Shown here piece by piece: positions 47,689-57,097 of a stretch of DNA of 64,000 nucleotides. Numbering within the stretch: the first letter of the stretch is position 1; each line of letters opens with the position of its first letter. The notes beneath the pieces were generated by a model. It was not told where the DNA came from. It ran no database searches and worked only from the letters and a program-made list of their open reading frames with translations. A program made the position numbers and the translations under genes. The DNA is from Spirosomataceae bacterium (GTDB taxonomy: Bacteria; Bacteroidota; Bacteroidia; Cytophagales; Spirosomataceae), in NCBI GenBank assembly GCA_046292055.1, contig JBKBRQ010000001.1, positions 24,108-88,107 of the forward strand, read 5' to 3'.

Positions 47689-48720
47689 ATGGCTGGATTT
47701 TTCAATTTTTTAACAAGTGATATCGCAATAGATTTGGGTACAGCAAATACCCTCATTATCTATAAAGACCAAATTGTTGTGGACGAACCATCCATTATAG
47801 CCTTGGACAGAGTTTCTGGTAAGGTGCTTGCAATAGGGCATAAAGCCATGCAAATGCACGAAAAAACGAATGAGAACATTAAGACAGTTCGTCCACTAAA
47901 AGACGGAGTTATTGCAGACTTTACAGCTGCTGAATTGATGATTCGTGGGATGATTAAAATGATTAACACAGGAAAGAGTTTCTTGTTTTCTCCCTCACAC
48001 AGAATGGTAGTTTGTATCCCATCTGGGATTACTGAAGTTGAGAAAAGAGCTGTAAAGGATTCTTGTGAACATGCTGGAGCAAAAGAAGTGTATATGGTGC
48101 ATGAACCAATCGCTGCAGCTATAGGAATAGGAATAGACATTCAACAGCCTAATGGTTCTATGATTGTAGACATTGGTGGAGGTACCACCGAGATCGCTGT
48201 CATCGCGCTTTCTGGTATCGTGTGTGAAGCTTCTATAAGAACTGCTGGTGACTTGTTCACAAGAGATATTGTTGATTACATGCGTAGAGAGCATAACTTA
48301 TTGATAGGTGAGCGCTCAGCAGAATTTATAAAAATACAAGTAGGAGCTGCATTACCAGACCTTGAAAATCCACCAGCTGATATCGAAATCCGAGGAAGAG
48401 ATTTGATGACGGGTATTCCAAAGGAAATTAAAGTCACATTTAGTGAGATTGCGTATGCTTTGGATAAATCTATTTCTAAAATAGAAGAGGCAATTATGCG
48501 TGCACTTGAAATGTCACCGCCAGAGTTATCCGCAGATATTTATGAGAATGGTATTTACCTAACGGGTGGTGGTGCTCTATTACATGGGCTTGATAAAAGG
48601 TTAGCTTTAAAGACAAAACTCCCTGTTCACGTTGCTGATGATCCACTTAAAGCAGTTGTTAGAGGAACGGGTGAAGTGCTTAAGAACATAGAAAAGTATC
48701 AAGGAGTTCTTGTACAATAA
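47689..48720 (+). CDS. mreB: rod shape-determining protein MreB
   Basis: IDLGTANTLI and VDIGGGTTEIA actin-fold motifs. Confidence 0.98.
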   Translation: MAGFFNFLTSDIAIDLGTANTLIIYKDQIVVDEPSIIALDRVSGKVLAIGHKAMQMHEKTNENIKTVRPLKDGVIADFTAAELMIRGMIKMINTGKSFLFSPSHRMVVCIPSGITEVEKRAVKDSCEHAGAKEVYMVHEPIAAAIGIGIDIQQPNGSMIVDIGGGTTEIAVIALSGIVCEASIRTAGDLFTRDIVDYMRREHNLLIGERSAEFIKIQVGAALPDLENPPADIEIRGRDLMTGIPKEIKVTFSEIAYALDKSISKIEEAIMRALEMSPPELSADIYENGIYLTGGGALLHGLDKRLALKTKLPVHVADDPLKAVVRGTGEVLKNIEKYQGVLVQ

Positions 48721-48760
48721 GAGGTCTTCGTTTTTAGTATAAAAGATTATAATTAATTCG

Positions 48761-48814
48761 AGTACCCAAAGGCATTCTATCGTAGAAAAGAAAAATGCTT
48801 TTGGGTACTTTTTG
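48761..48814 (+). terminator. stem-loop plus T-tract between mreB and mreC (partial terminator/attenuator)
   Basis: AGTACCCAAAGGCAT ... ATGCTTTTGGGTACT with one mismatch, followed by TTTT. Ends 9 nt before the mreC ATG. Confidence 0.6.
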
Positions 48815-48822
48815 TTTAAGCT

Positions 48823-49674
48823 ATGTCACAATTATTTCGAATTTTTTTACAAGCAAGAAACTTTTTGCTCTTTATTGTATTAGAAATACTATGTATTTAT
48901 TTGATACGGAAGAATAATAGTTACTGGGGGGTAATTGCCTTTGACTCTTCCAACTACTACGCAGCAAAAACATTGGAGTTTGCCAATGGTTGGAAAAACT
49001 ATTGGGGCTTATTTCAAGTAAATGATGCTCTGGTAAAAGAAAATTTACACTTGAGAAAAAAGTATACAGATTTGTTGCAGGCGCCAATTGGAACAGACGC
49101 TAAATTGTATCATCCTGATAGTGTATTTAAAACACGATTTGATTTCAAAGTTGCTAAGGTTATTAATAGTTCAGTTGAATTAGTGGATAACTATATTACT
49201 ATTGATAAAGGAACAAAAGACGGAATAAGACCAGGAATGGGAGTAATTAGTCCGACGGGCGTTGTAGGGCAAGTAATGGCTTGTACTGAGCATTTTTCGA
49301 GGGTTTATTCTATTCTCCATTCGAGTTACACGCTTTCTGCAGAAGTTGTAAATAAGAATCTAAGGAAAGATCCGAATATGAGTGCCTTAGGTATAGCGAA
49401 ATGGGACGGGAAGGACCCTAAAATCATACAATTAACAACTATCGATAGATTTAAGCCAATTACAAAAGGAGATACGGTACTCACTTCACAACAGAATGCT
49501 ATTTTCCCAGCTGGAATACCCGTCGGCAGAATCATTAGACTTGCTTCAGAAGCAGATGACGCATTCTTCAAAATTAGTGTGTTACTATCAACAGATTTTA
49601 GAAGTTTATCTTATGTTTACATTGTTGATAATAAGTTAAAAGACGAACAAGAATTAGTAGAAAAAACAAATTAA
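48823..49674 (+). CDS. mreC: rod shape-determining protein MreC
   Basis: N-terminal TM, coiled segment, ...GIRPGMGVISPTGVVGQV... beta-domains. Position after mreB. Confidence 0.92.
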   Translation: MSQLFRIFLQARNFLLFIVLEILCIYLIRKNNSYWGVIAFDSSNYYAAKTLEFANGWKNYWGLFQVNDALVKENLHLRKKYTDLLQAPIGTDAKLYHPDSVFKTRFDFKVAKVINSSVELVDNYITIDKGTKDGIRPGMGVISPTGVVGQVMACTEHFSRVYSILHSSYTLSAEVVNKNLRKDPNMSALGIAKWDGKDPKIIQLTTIDRFKPITKGDTVLTSQQNAIFPAGIPVGRIIRLASEADDAFFKISVLLSTDFRSLSYVYIVDNKLKDEQELVEKTN

Positions 49675-49680
49675 AAAAAT

Positions 49681-50184
49681 ATGGCTAGCGTTCAGCTTTT
49701 TAGACAATTATTCATCATCCTTGTTTATGTCTTTCTACAAGTATTTATCTTCAGAAACTTGGTTATAGCAGATGTGGCTTTTTGTTTTATATATATAGGG
49801 GTTATACTCTTTATACCATACGAAACATCTGACTTTTGGGTTATTCTATTGGGTTTTTTAATTGGCTTGTTGGTTGATATTTTTTACAATACGGCAGGTA
49901 TACATGCTTCAGCTACAGTGGCAATGGCATTTGTTAGAGGATTTATCATAAAAGGTATTTTTCCTTCAAAAGGTGGTGATGCAGATATAGAATTGTCTAT
50001 GGTAGGTATGGGAAGTGAAAAATTCATACGCTATGTATTAATAATGACAATGATACATCACTTTATCTTATTCTTCGTCGAAGTTGGCCATCTGGGCTAT
50101 TTTGTTGGTACGTCAATCAAAGTTATTGGGAGTATCATTTACACAACAATTGTATTATCATTTTTACACAGAGTACTCAAATAA
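49681..50184 (+). CDS. mreD: rod shape-determining protein MreD
   Basis: 167-aa polytopic membrane protein immediately after mreC. Confidence 0.85.
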   Translation: MASVQLFRQLFIILVYVFLQVFIFRNLVIADVAFCFIYIGVILFIPYETSDFWVILLGFLIGLLVDIFYNTAGIHASATVAMAFVRGFIIKGIFPSKGGDADIELSMVGMGSEKFIRYVLIMTMIHHFILFFVEVGHLGYFVGTSIKVIGSIIYTTIVLSFLHRVLK

Positions 50185-51386
50185 TGTTTATTAGGAAAGC
50201 CTATTTTTACTTTTTATTTCTAGTTGGTATCGTTCAATTTGTATCATGTAGAAATAAAGAAGGAAAGTCAGAAAAGAGAGAAGAAAAAGTTGATCTAATT
50301 GCAATGAAAAAGCAGTTAGAAGCGATTAGAAAAGAGATAAATGCAGATGACAAAGAAAGAAAATTAGAAGATTTAATAAGAAGAAGAATAAAGAATGGGT
50401 TTAATGGAAGTATATTGATTGCTCAGAAAGGAATTGTTCTTGAGGATACATCAGTGGGTTATTCGGATTTGTCGACAAAAAAGATAAATATCTCCTCTTC
50501 AAAATTCCAACTTGCATCAATCTCAAAGACATTTACTGCCATAGCGGTAATGCAACTTGTTGAGGCAGGTAAAGTAAACTTGGACTATGAAATCCAAGTC
50601 TATTATCCTAATTTCCCGTACAAAGGAATTACAATAAGAAGTTTATTGTCTCATCGTTCAGGGCTTCCATATTATGAGTATAGCTTCGATAAAACGGTTC
50701 GTTATGAAAAGAAATATCCTACAAACCAAGAGATAATCAAGTGGTTTGAAGAAGCCAATCCACCGCCTGCAATTCATAACCTGCCAGATCACTACTTTGC
50801 CTACAACAATACTAATTTTGCTATTTTGGCTGCAATTGTTGAAAAAGCATGTAATTGTAGTTTTCAAACATATGTGAAAAAGAATATCTTTGACCCACTT
50901 GAAATGAAGGATAGCTTTGTTCAAAGTCAACAAAACGATACACTGTATGTCGAAAATAGAACATATGGGTATCAATATGGACGAAGACTACCCTTTGACT
51001 TTTACGATAATATAGTAGGTGATAAGGGCGTTTTTTCCTCTTCAAGAGATTTGTATAAATGGTATCAGGCATTAAGAGATGCCAAAATCGTGTCTAAAGA
51101 GAGTTTAAAAGAGATATTTTCGCCAAGAAGTTTCGAGTTTCCTGGTCTCAGAAATTACGGGTATGGCTTCAGGCTTTGGTTGAATAACAAGCAACAAACA
51201 GACTATATTTATCACACGGGTTGGTGGAAAGGTTACAATACAATCTTCTTCTTTGATTTGAAAAGGGACTTTGTAATCATAGTATTAAGTAATAAATTAG
51301 ACAAGTCTGTGTACCAAATAAGAGATTTGATTGATGTTCTGGAAGATGGAAAGGCAAATACATTAGAAAATGATATTTTAGAGTAA
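50184..51386 (+). CDS. beta-lactamase-family serine hydrolase (class C / AmpH / DD-peptidase-like), exported
   Basis: Signal/lipobox-like FVSC. SxxK (ASISKTF), YxN (FAYNNTN), HTG (YIYHTGWW). TAATG overlap with the mreD stop. Confidence 0.85.
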   Translation: MFIRKAYFYFLFLVGIVQFVSCRNKEGKSEKREEKVDLIAMKKQLEAIRKEINADDKERKLEDLIRRRIKNGFNGSILIAQKGIVLEDTSVGYSDLSTKKINISSSKFQLASISKTFTAIAVMQLVEAGKVNLDYEIQVYYPNFPYKGITIRSLLSHRSGLPYYEYSFDKTVRYEKKYPTNQEIIKWFEEANPPPAIHNLPDHYFAYNNTNFAILAAIVEKACNCSFQTYVKKNIFDPLEMKDSFVQSQQNDTLYVENRTYGYQYGRRLPFDFYDNIVGDKGVFSSSRDLYKWYQALRDAKIVSKESLKEIFSPRSFEFPGLRNYGYGFRLWLNNKQQTDYIYHTGWWKGYNTIFFFDLKRDFVIIVLSNKLDKSVYQIRDLIDVLEDGKANTLENDILE

Positions 51387-51399
51387 ATACTTTAAGTTA

Positions 51400-52728
51400 A
51401 TGATAAAAAAAATAGGATTTAATGTAATCATTATTCTTCTCATTATTTCGTGTAAAGAGGTGGATAAAAACGTGTACGAAGAAAAAACATTATCACCAAA
51501 ATGGTATCACGAAACGATGGCTCAAGTTACAGACGTCATCATACACGATATACTATCTCCACCCGTTGCGAGCAGGGTGTATAGTTATGTGACATTAGCG
51601 GGTTATGAAGCACTTGTATTTCAAAATGATTCTTTACAAACAAATGTCAATTTATTTAAAGGTCTAACGTCTTTTCCGAAGCCAGAAGAAGGGAAAACGT
51701 ATAGCTTTCCTGTGGCGAGCTTTACAGCCATGCTGAAGGTGGCAAAAAGTCAGACATTTACGTTAGAAAAATATGATACGTTTGAAAAAGAAACCTACGA
51801 ACAGTTTGAGGCGATGGGAATTCCGTCAAGCGTAATGAAAAGGTCGAAAGATTTTGGAGGGCAAATAGCTGATCATGTTATCCAATATGCAAAGGGGGAT
51901 AATTATCTCCAAACAAGAGGGTTACGTTACACTGTGAAAAATGAAGAAGGAAAATGGGTTCCTACTCCACCCCAATATGGGGATGCAATGGAGCCTTATT
52001 GGCCAACAATTAGACCTTCTTTAATGGATTCTGCAGGTCAATTTCCACCAGCCCCGGTAATTCGATATAGCAAAGATGCAGGAAGTCCTTTCCAGAAAGA
52101 GGTAAAGGAGGTATATGAGACCGTCAAAAACTTAACAGAAGAACAGAAAGCTATAGCTTGGTTTTGGGATGATAATGCCTTTGTAATGAATGTGCAAGGT
52201 CACGTAACCTTTGCAAATAAAAAGATGACGCCAGGTGGGCATTGGATAGCAATTACAAGAACACTTTGTGAAAATAATAAAGCATCTTTAGCACAATCCT
52301 CACGTGCTTATATGGCAGTTGCAACAGCATTACACGAAGGTTTTATCAGTTCTTGGCATGAAAAATACAAAAGTGAAAAAATAAGACCAGAGACTGTCAT
52401 AAATACAGAAATTGACCCTAATTGGGAGCCTTATTTACAAACGCCTCCATTTCCCGAGTATGCGTCAGGGCACAGTACTATTTCTAGTGCTTCTGCCGAA
52501 GTTTTAACAGCTATATTCGGAGATAACGTAGCATTTACAGACTCAACAGAGTATAAATACGGACATGGTGTTCGAAGCTTTACATCGGTAAGACAAGCTG
52601 CAACGGAATGTTCCTATAGTCGTTTATATGGAGGCATTCACTACCGTTCTGGTTGTGAACAAGGGCAAGCTGCTGGTATTAGAATTGGTCAATTTGTTAT
52701 AAAAAAGCTAGAATTAATGTCAAAATAG
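51400..52728 (+). CDS. PAP2-superfamily lipoprotein, vanadium-dependent haloperoxidase-like
   Basis: Lipobox IISC. KYKSEKIRP (K-x6-RP), YASGHS (SGH), SRLYGGIHYRSG (SR-x5-H). Confidence 0.75.
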   Translation: MIKKIGFNVIIILLIISCKEVDKNVYEEKTLSPKWYHETMAQVTDVIIHDILSPPVASRVYSYVTLAGYEALVFQNDSLQTNVNLFKGLTSFPKPEEGKTYSFPVASFTAMLKVAKSQTFTLEKYDTFEKETYEQFEAMGIPSSVMKRSKDFGGQIADHVIQYAKGDNYLQTRGLRYTVKNEEGKWVPTPPQYGDAMEPYWPTIRPSLMDSAGQFPPAPVIRYSKDAGSPFQKEVKEVYETVKNLTEEQKAIAWFWDDNAFVMNVQGHVTFANKKMTPGGHWIAITRTLCENNKASLAQSSRAYMAVATALHEGFISSWHEKYKSEKIRPETVINTEIDPNWEPYLQTPPFPEYASGHSTISSASAEVLTAIFGDNVAFTDSTEYKYGHGVRSFTSVRQAATECSYSRLYGGIHYRSGCEQGQAAGIRIGQFVIKKLELMSK

Positions 52729-52838
52729 CATGTTTGGTTTCTTGAAAAGTAAAAATGTGTGACAAGTTGTCTTTTTTTGTTGGTTGGAACATAAATTGAA
52801 AAATATGAATCAAGTTTCAATTTAAAATCAGAATAAAA

Positions 52839-53249
52839 ATGAAGGCAATAATTAAAAATACCGCGTTTCATCCTTTCTTTTCGAACCATGTTCAGTATTT
52901 TGTAAATAATGTAGAAAATAAAGTAAAAAGCACGTTGAGTCCTAATACAAATATAAAAGAGGCTCCCACACACTTTTGCATTCAGATAGCTGCACCAGGT
53001 TTGGAGAAAAGTGATTTTGACGTGACAGTTTTAGAAAAAACACTAGAGATAAAAGTTGAAAAAAAAGTGAATGAAGAGTCTCAGTGGATTCGAAAAGAAT
53101 TTGAGTTTACAGATTTTAAGAAAACGTTTTCTTTGCCTAAAAATATTGATAAAGAACGGATTCAAGTAAAATATAAAGCAGGAATTTTGGAAGTTGAATT
53201 GTATAAAACGGAGAAAATAGAAGAACCTAAGAAACTCCTAGTCAGTTAA
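52839..53249 (+). CDS. Hsp20/alpha-crystallin family small heat-shock protein
   Basis: ...FCIQIAAPGLEKSDFDVTV....F.LP..ID...I.VKYKAGILEVEL pattern. Confidence 0.9.
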   Translation: MKAIIKNTAFHPFFSNHVQYFVNNVENKVKSTLSPNTNIKEAPTHFCIQIAAPGLEKSDFDVTVLEKTLEIKVEKKVNEESQWIRKEFEFTDFKKTFSLPKNIDKERIQVKYKAGILEVELYKTEKIEEPKKLLVS

Positions 53250-53250
53250 T

Positions 53251-53289
53251 AAAAAAATAGGAGTCAAAAATCATTTTGACTCCTATTTT
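53251..53289 (+). terminator. intrinsic terminator after hsp20 (AATAGGAGTCAAAA / TTTTGACTCCTATT plus TTG)
   Basis: 14-bp stem, 5-nt loop, T-rich tail. Confidence 0.8.
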
Positions 53290-53382
53290 GTTTATACAGT
53301 ATCAAACCCTTTTATTTGAAAAATAAAAAGAAATAAAAACTCGTTTGTTTTTGTAAATTTTACCCGTAAATCATCAAAAAAT

Positions 53383-54906
53383 ATGCTTAAGTCGAATTGG
53401 AAAACAATACTTATTGCCGTTACAAGTAGCCTAGCTACAGTTGTTGGTTATCACTTTGTAGCGGGTTCTGGTAATGATGTCATTCTCAATGAAGTAGGTT
53501 CAGATGTAAAGTCAATGAATAGGCTTACTAACTTGTCAGGTGTTCCATCTGGTACTTCAACAGATTTTACATATGCAGCGGCTTTGGCTTCACCATCCGT
53601 AGTACATATTAAAGTGAAGTCTACTCAACAAAGCCGTCGAAGACCTTCTTTTTTTGATGAATTTTTTGGTTATGACCCAGAGATGTTCGGGCCACAATCG
53701 AGGCAACAAGAATCATCTGGCTCAGGTGTAATTATCTCAAGTGATGGATATATTGTAACAAATAATCATGTAATTGAAGGAGCAGATGAGTTGGAAATCG
53801 TTACATTTGATAAGCGTTCGATCAAAGGAAAATTAATAGGCAGTGACCCTTCTACTGATATTGCAGTTGTTAAAATAGATGAAAAAGATTTGCCAGCATT
53901 GGTTTTTGGTAATTCAGATGAGTCAAAAGTTGGTGAGTGGGTTTTGGCAGTTGGAAATCCATTTAACTTAGAGTCAACAGTTACTGCCGGAATTGTTTCT
54001 GCAATTGGAAGAGATATTAGTATTCTAAAACAAAAATATGCACGTAGTACACCAGAAGCAAGAACAGCAGGCGATACACCAATAGAGTCTTTTATACAAA
54101 CAGACGCGGCTGTCAATCCAGGTAATAGCGGTGGCGCCTTGGTGAATTTGAAAGGAGAGTTAATCGGAATAAATACAGCCATCGCCTCACCCAATGGGGC
54201 ATATGCTGGGTATTCATTCGCGGTGCCGTCAAGTATTGTTAAAAAAGTGACTGCTGATATTATTAGGTATGGAAATGTGCAAAGAGGCTATTTAGGAATT
54301 GTTCCAATAGAGATTAATACGAAAGTAGCCAAAGAATTAGGTCTCAAAGCATCGGCTGGGATTTATGTAGACCAAGTTCCTGAAGAAGGGGCTGCTTATG
54401 CGGCAGGTGTACGGAAAGGAGATATTATAGAGAAAATAGATGGGATTGATATAAAGACAGAGCCTAAGTTTAGAGAAATGATTGGTAGAAAAAGGCCAGG
54501 TGAGTCTGTTACTATTCACGTAAATAGAGATGGAAAAGAAAAAGACTTTAATGTTGTGCTTAGAAACCGTGAAGGAGGGAAAGATATAATTAAAAAGACA
54601 GAAACAGCGAGTGTATTACAAAACTTTGGAATTGAGTTAGAAGATATAGATGCTCAAACAAAATCAAGACTTGGTGTTGCCAATGGAGTTAGGGTTAAAA
54701 GAGTGATTGCTGGAGGAGAGGTAGCGCAAAATACAGATATAGAAGCAGGTTTGATTATTATACGCGTTGGTAATGTTAGAGTAAATAGTGTAGGGGATTT
54801 TGAAAAAGCGATTCTTACTGCCAAAAAGAATAGAGAAGATGGCGTTTTGGTTTGTGGAGTATACCAAGGTGTGTCTAGAAACTATTGTTGGGGTTTAGCA
54901 CTCTAA
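53383..54906 (+). CDS. htrA: Do/DegP/HtrA-family periplasmic serine protease with two PDZ domains
   Basis: VTNNHVIEGA (His), DIAVVKI (Asp), GNSGGALVN (Ser), and two PDZ-like C-terminal segments. Confidence 0.95.
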   Translation: MLKSNWKTILIAVTSSLATVVGYHFVAGSGNDVILNEVGSDVKSMNRLTNLSGVPSGTSTDFTYAAALASPSVVHIKVKSTQQSRRRPSFFDEFFGYDPEMFGPQSRQQESSGSGVIISSDGYIVTNNHVIEGADELEIVTFDKRSIKGKLIGSDPSTDIAVVKIDEKDLPALVFGNSDESKVGEWVLAVGNPFNLESTVTAGIVSAIGRDISILKQKYARSTPEARTAGDTPIESFIQTDAAVNPGNSGGALVNLKGELIGINTAIASPNGAYAGYSFAVPSSIVKKVTADIIRYGNVQRGYLGIVPIEINTKVAKELGLKASAGIYVDQVPEEGAAYAAGVRKGDIIEKIDGIDIKTEPKFREMIGRKRPGESVTIHVNRDGKEKDFNVVLRNREGGKDIIKKTETASVLQNFGIELEDIDAQTKSRLGVANGVRVKRVIAGGEVAQNTDIEAGLIIIRVGNVRVNSVGDFEKAILTAKKNREDGVLVCGVYQGVSRNYCWGLAL

Positions 54907-54917
54907 ACGGGTTCATT

Positions 54918-54963
54918 AAAAAAAATTGGGGCAATGAAATTTATCATTGCCCCAATTTTTTTT
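54918..54963. terminator. bidirectional intrinsic terminator (AAAAAAAATTGGGGCAATGA / TCATTGCCCCAATTTTTTTT)
   Basis: 12-bp core stem flanked by A8 and T8 tracts, between convergent htrA and the SPOR gene. Confidence 0.88.
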
Positions 54964-55504
54964 AATGAAGTTTTAAACTGTTTTTTAAACTGACAGATTC
55001 AGGAATAATCTTACAATTCGGAAATCGATTTTTGATAAGTGAGGAATACCTTTCAGCATCTAATTTATTGGTAAAATCTCCCATTTTTAGACGATAGGTT
55101 GGTTGGCTGTAACTGACGTATAATTCAGCATTTGGGAAATTTTGAAGAATATATACGCGCGCCTTTTCAAATTCTTCTTTATTATTTCCAACAAAAACTA
55201 AGATACGGTAACCCGATACTTCAGATATATTTTGATTATTTTGAACCATTGCTTCAATTTTAGACTGTAACTCCCCGTGAATACTTTGTACATTTGTTGA
55301 GGAGTTGTCTATATTTATGTCTAGCTCAACAAATTCCTCAGAAAATTCAATAAGATCACTGCTAAATTTTGGGCGTATCAATGAAAGGTCTTCTTCATAA
55401 GAAGAGAGACGAGCGTCTTCAGAGAAGGTTTGTCTTAAATTGGATGGCTTACATTCGTAAAGAAAGAGAGTAAACAAAAGAATGGATAATCTAGCGTTTT
55501 TCAT
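54962..55504 (-). CDS. SPOR domain-containing lipoprotein
   Basis: Lipobox-like LYEC, and a C-terminal YRILVFVGNNKEEFEKAR...YRLKMGDFTNKLDAERY SPOR pattern. Confidence 0.8.
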   Translation of the reverse strand: MKNARLSILLFTLFLYECKPSNLRQTFSEDARLSSYEEDLSLIRPKFSSDLIEFSEEFVELDINIDNSSTNVQSIHGELQSKIEAMVQNNQNISEVSGYRILVFVGNNKEEFEKARVYILQNFPNAELYVSYSQPTYRLKMGDFTNKLDAERYSSLIKNRFPNCKIIPESVSLKNSLKLH

Positions 55505-55595
55505 TGCTTTAGATTAATTTGTGATGGTGAAGTCAATACAAATATACCTATTTGGACGAAATACAAGGTGACAATTCGTGAAAATCAAAATAAGA

Positions 55596-57080
55596 ATGAA
55601 GAAAGAGATACTATTTTTACTAGTAATTATCCTTCATCCTGCTATCATAAAGGGACAAAATCTAGTTTCTAAACATGATTTTAGGTTTGAAACTGGGTTT
55701 ATCGTTGCTAATAATGGATACGTACCGTTTGGTCTTAGAACAAATACAAATGGCTTAGTACCCGATTCTGGCCCAATTATTTATCAAGATGTCGAGATAA
55801 AAAGAGGGAATGATAGTCTCTACAGTATGAATGGGCAATTAAAAAAGTTTTCGATAAGTTATGGCTTAAAAACAAGGTTTAATGTTGGGCAAAAAAAAGA
55901 GGTACGTATAGGGGAAGCTTATCTAGGTATGAGGTATGGAGCTTTTGAGTTATATGGAGGAAGACGTTTTGAAATCCAGGGTATTGTGGATAGTTCTAAT
56001 TCATCAGGGTCTTACATTTGGTCAGGAAATGCACTGCCACTACCAAGAATAAATATTGCAATAACAAAATATACACCTATTACAAAAAACGGAATAATCT
56101 CAATAAAAGGTAATTATGCACACGGTTGGTTTGATAATGGAGTGGTAATTGGCTCTATGCTACACCAAAAGTCATTTTACATGAGAATTGGGAAAAAGGA
56201 CTGGAAAACAAAGTTTTACGGTGGGTTCAATCATCAAGTTCAATGGGGAGGTAAACCCGAAAAGCCATATATAGACCCACCTACTGGAAGACTAATTACT
56301 ACTTTTTCATCTGGAATAGATACTTATGTGAATGTCGTAACGGGCATTAGTCTCAACAAAAACGATGCAGGGGTAGATTTGGATGGAGTTCCATACAACG
56401 AAGCCTTCAATAGAGCAGGAAATCATTTAGGTACTGTAGACATAGGGATGGAGTTTTTTGCGAAGGGAAGTGATATATTAATCTACAGACAAAGCATATT
56501 TGAAGATGGGTCACTTTTCTATTTGAATAACATCACAGATGGGCTTTATGGCGTCTCATGGACAAACAGAAGGCAAAATTCTACATTAAAGAAAATAACA
56601 GTAGAACACCTAGATACAAGAAGCCAAGGTGGAGAAACAGGAAGTGGAAATACAATTCCACAATTGAGGGGTAGAGATAATTACTTTAACAACAGTATTT
56701 ATTCAAATGGTTGGACGTATAAAGGACAAGTAATAGGAAGTCCACTTTTAGCAACTATTTCACAATTAAACCTTGATCTCATAAGCCAAGTAGGTATTTC
56801 ATCTCGTCTACCTAGAAGTTATGTAATCAGTAACCGAATTTCTAGTTGGTATATGGGTGTTGAGTATGGCTGTCAAATACTTGATTTTATAACACGAATA
56901 ACACATATTTCAAGTTTGGGAAATTACTCGGTACCTATGGATGTCAAAAATACGTCTCTTTACCAAGGGGTTCGTTACGGAATCCGTGAATTTACTATAA
57001 AAAGTGACATAGGTGTAGATATTGGTAATTTATTAAGAAGTAAATTTGGAGTTCAAATTTCTATCTCAAGAGGTATTTAA
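55596..57080 (+). CDS. outer-membrane beta-barrel protein, capsule assembly Wzi-like
   Basis: Signal peptide and alternating beta-strand pattern. Lies immediately upstream of the Wza-like gene. The Wzi assignment rests on context and memory, not on a motif. The ATG at 55596 is preferred to the GTG at 55578. Confidence 0.5.
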   Translation: MKKEILFLLVIILHPAIIKGQNLVSKHDFRFETGFIVANNGYVPFGLRTNTNGLVPDSGPIIYQDVEIKRGNDSLYSMNGQLKKFSISYGLKTRFNVGQKKEVRIGEAYLGMRYGAFELYGGRRFEIQGIVDSSNSSGSYIWSGNALPLPRINIAITKYTPITKNGIISIKGNYAHGWFDNGVVIGSMLHQKSFYMRIGKKDWKTKFYGGFNHQVQWGGKPEKPYIDPPTGRLITTFSSGIDTYVNVVTGISLNKNDAGVDLDGVPYNEAFNRAGNHLGTVDIGMEFFAKGSDILIYRQSIFEDGSLFYLNNITDGLYGVSWTNRRQNSTLKKITVEHLDTRSQGGETGSGNTIPQLRGRDNYFNNSIYSNGWTYKGQVIGSPLLATISQLNLDLISQVGISSRLPRSYVISNRISSWYMGVEYGCQILDFITRITHISSLGNYSVPMDVKNTSLYQGVRYGIREFTIKSDIGVDIGNLLRSKFGVQISISRGI

Positions 57081-57097
57081 ACAAAAACAAAAGGTCA

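Noticed and set aside
52741-52747. CTTGAAA, the sigma-32 -35 consensus, upstream of the hsp20 gene.
   Set aside because: No CCCCAT-type -10 element follows at the right spacing. As far as I know, Bacteroidota do not use an RpoH-type heat-shock sigma factor.
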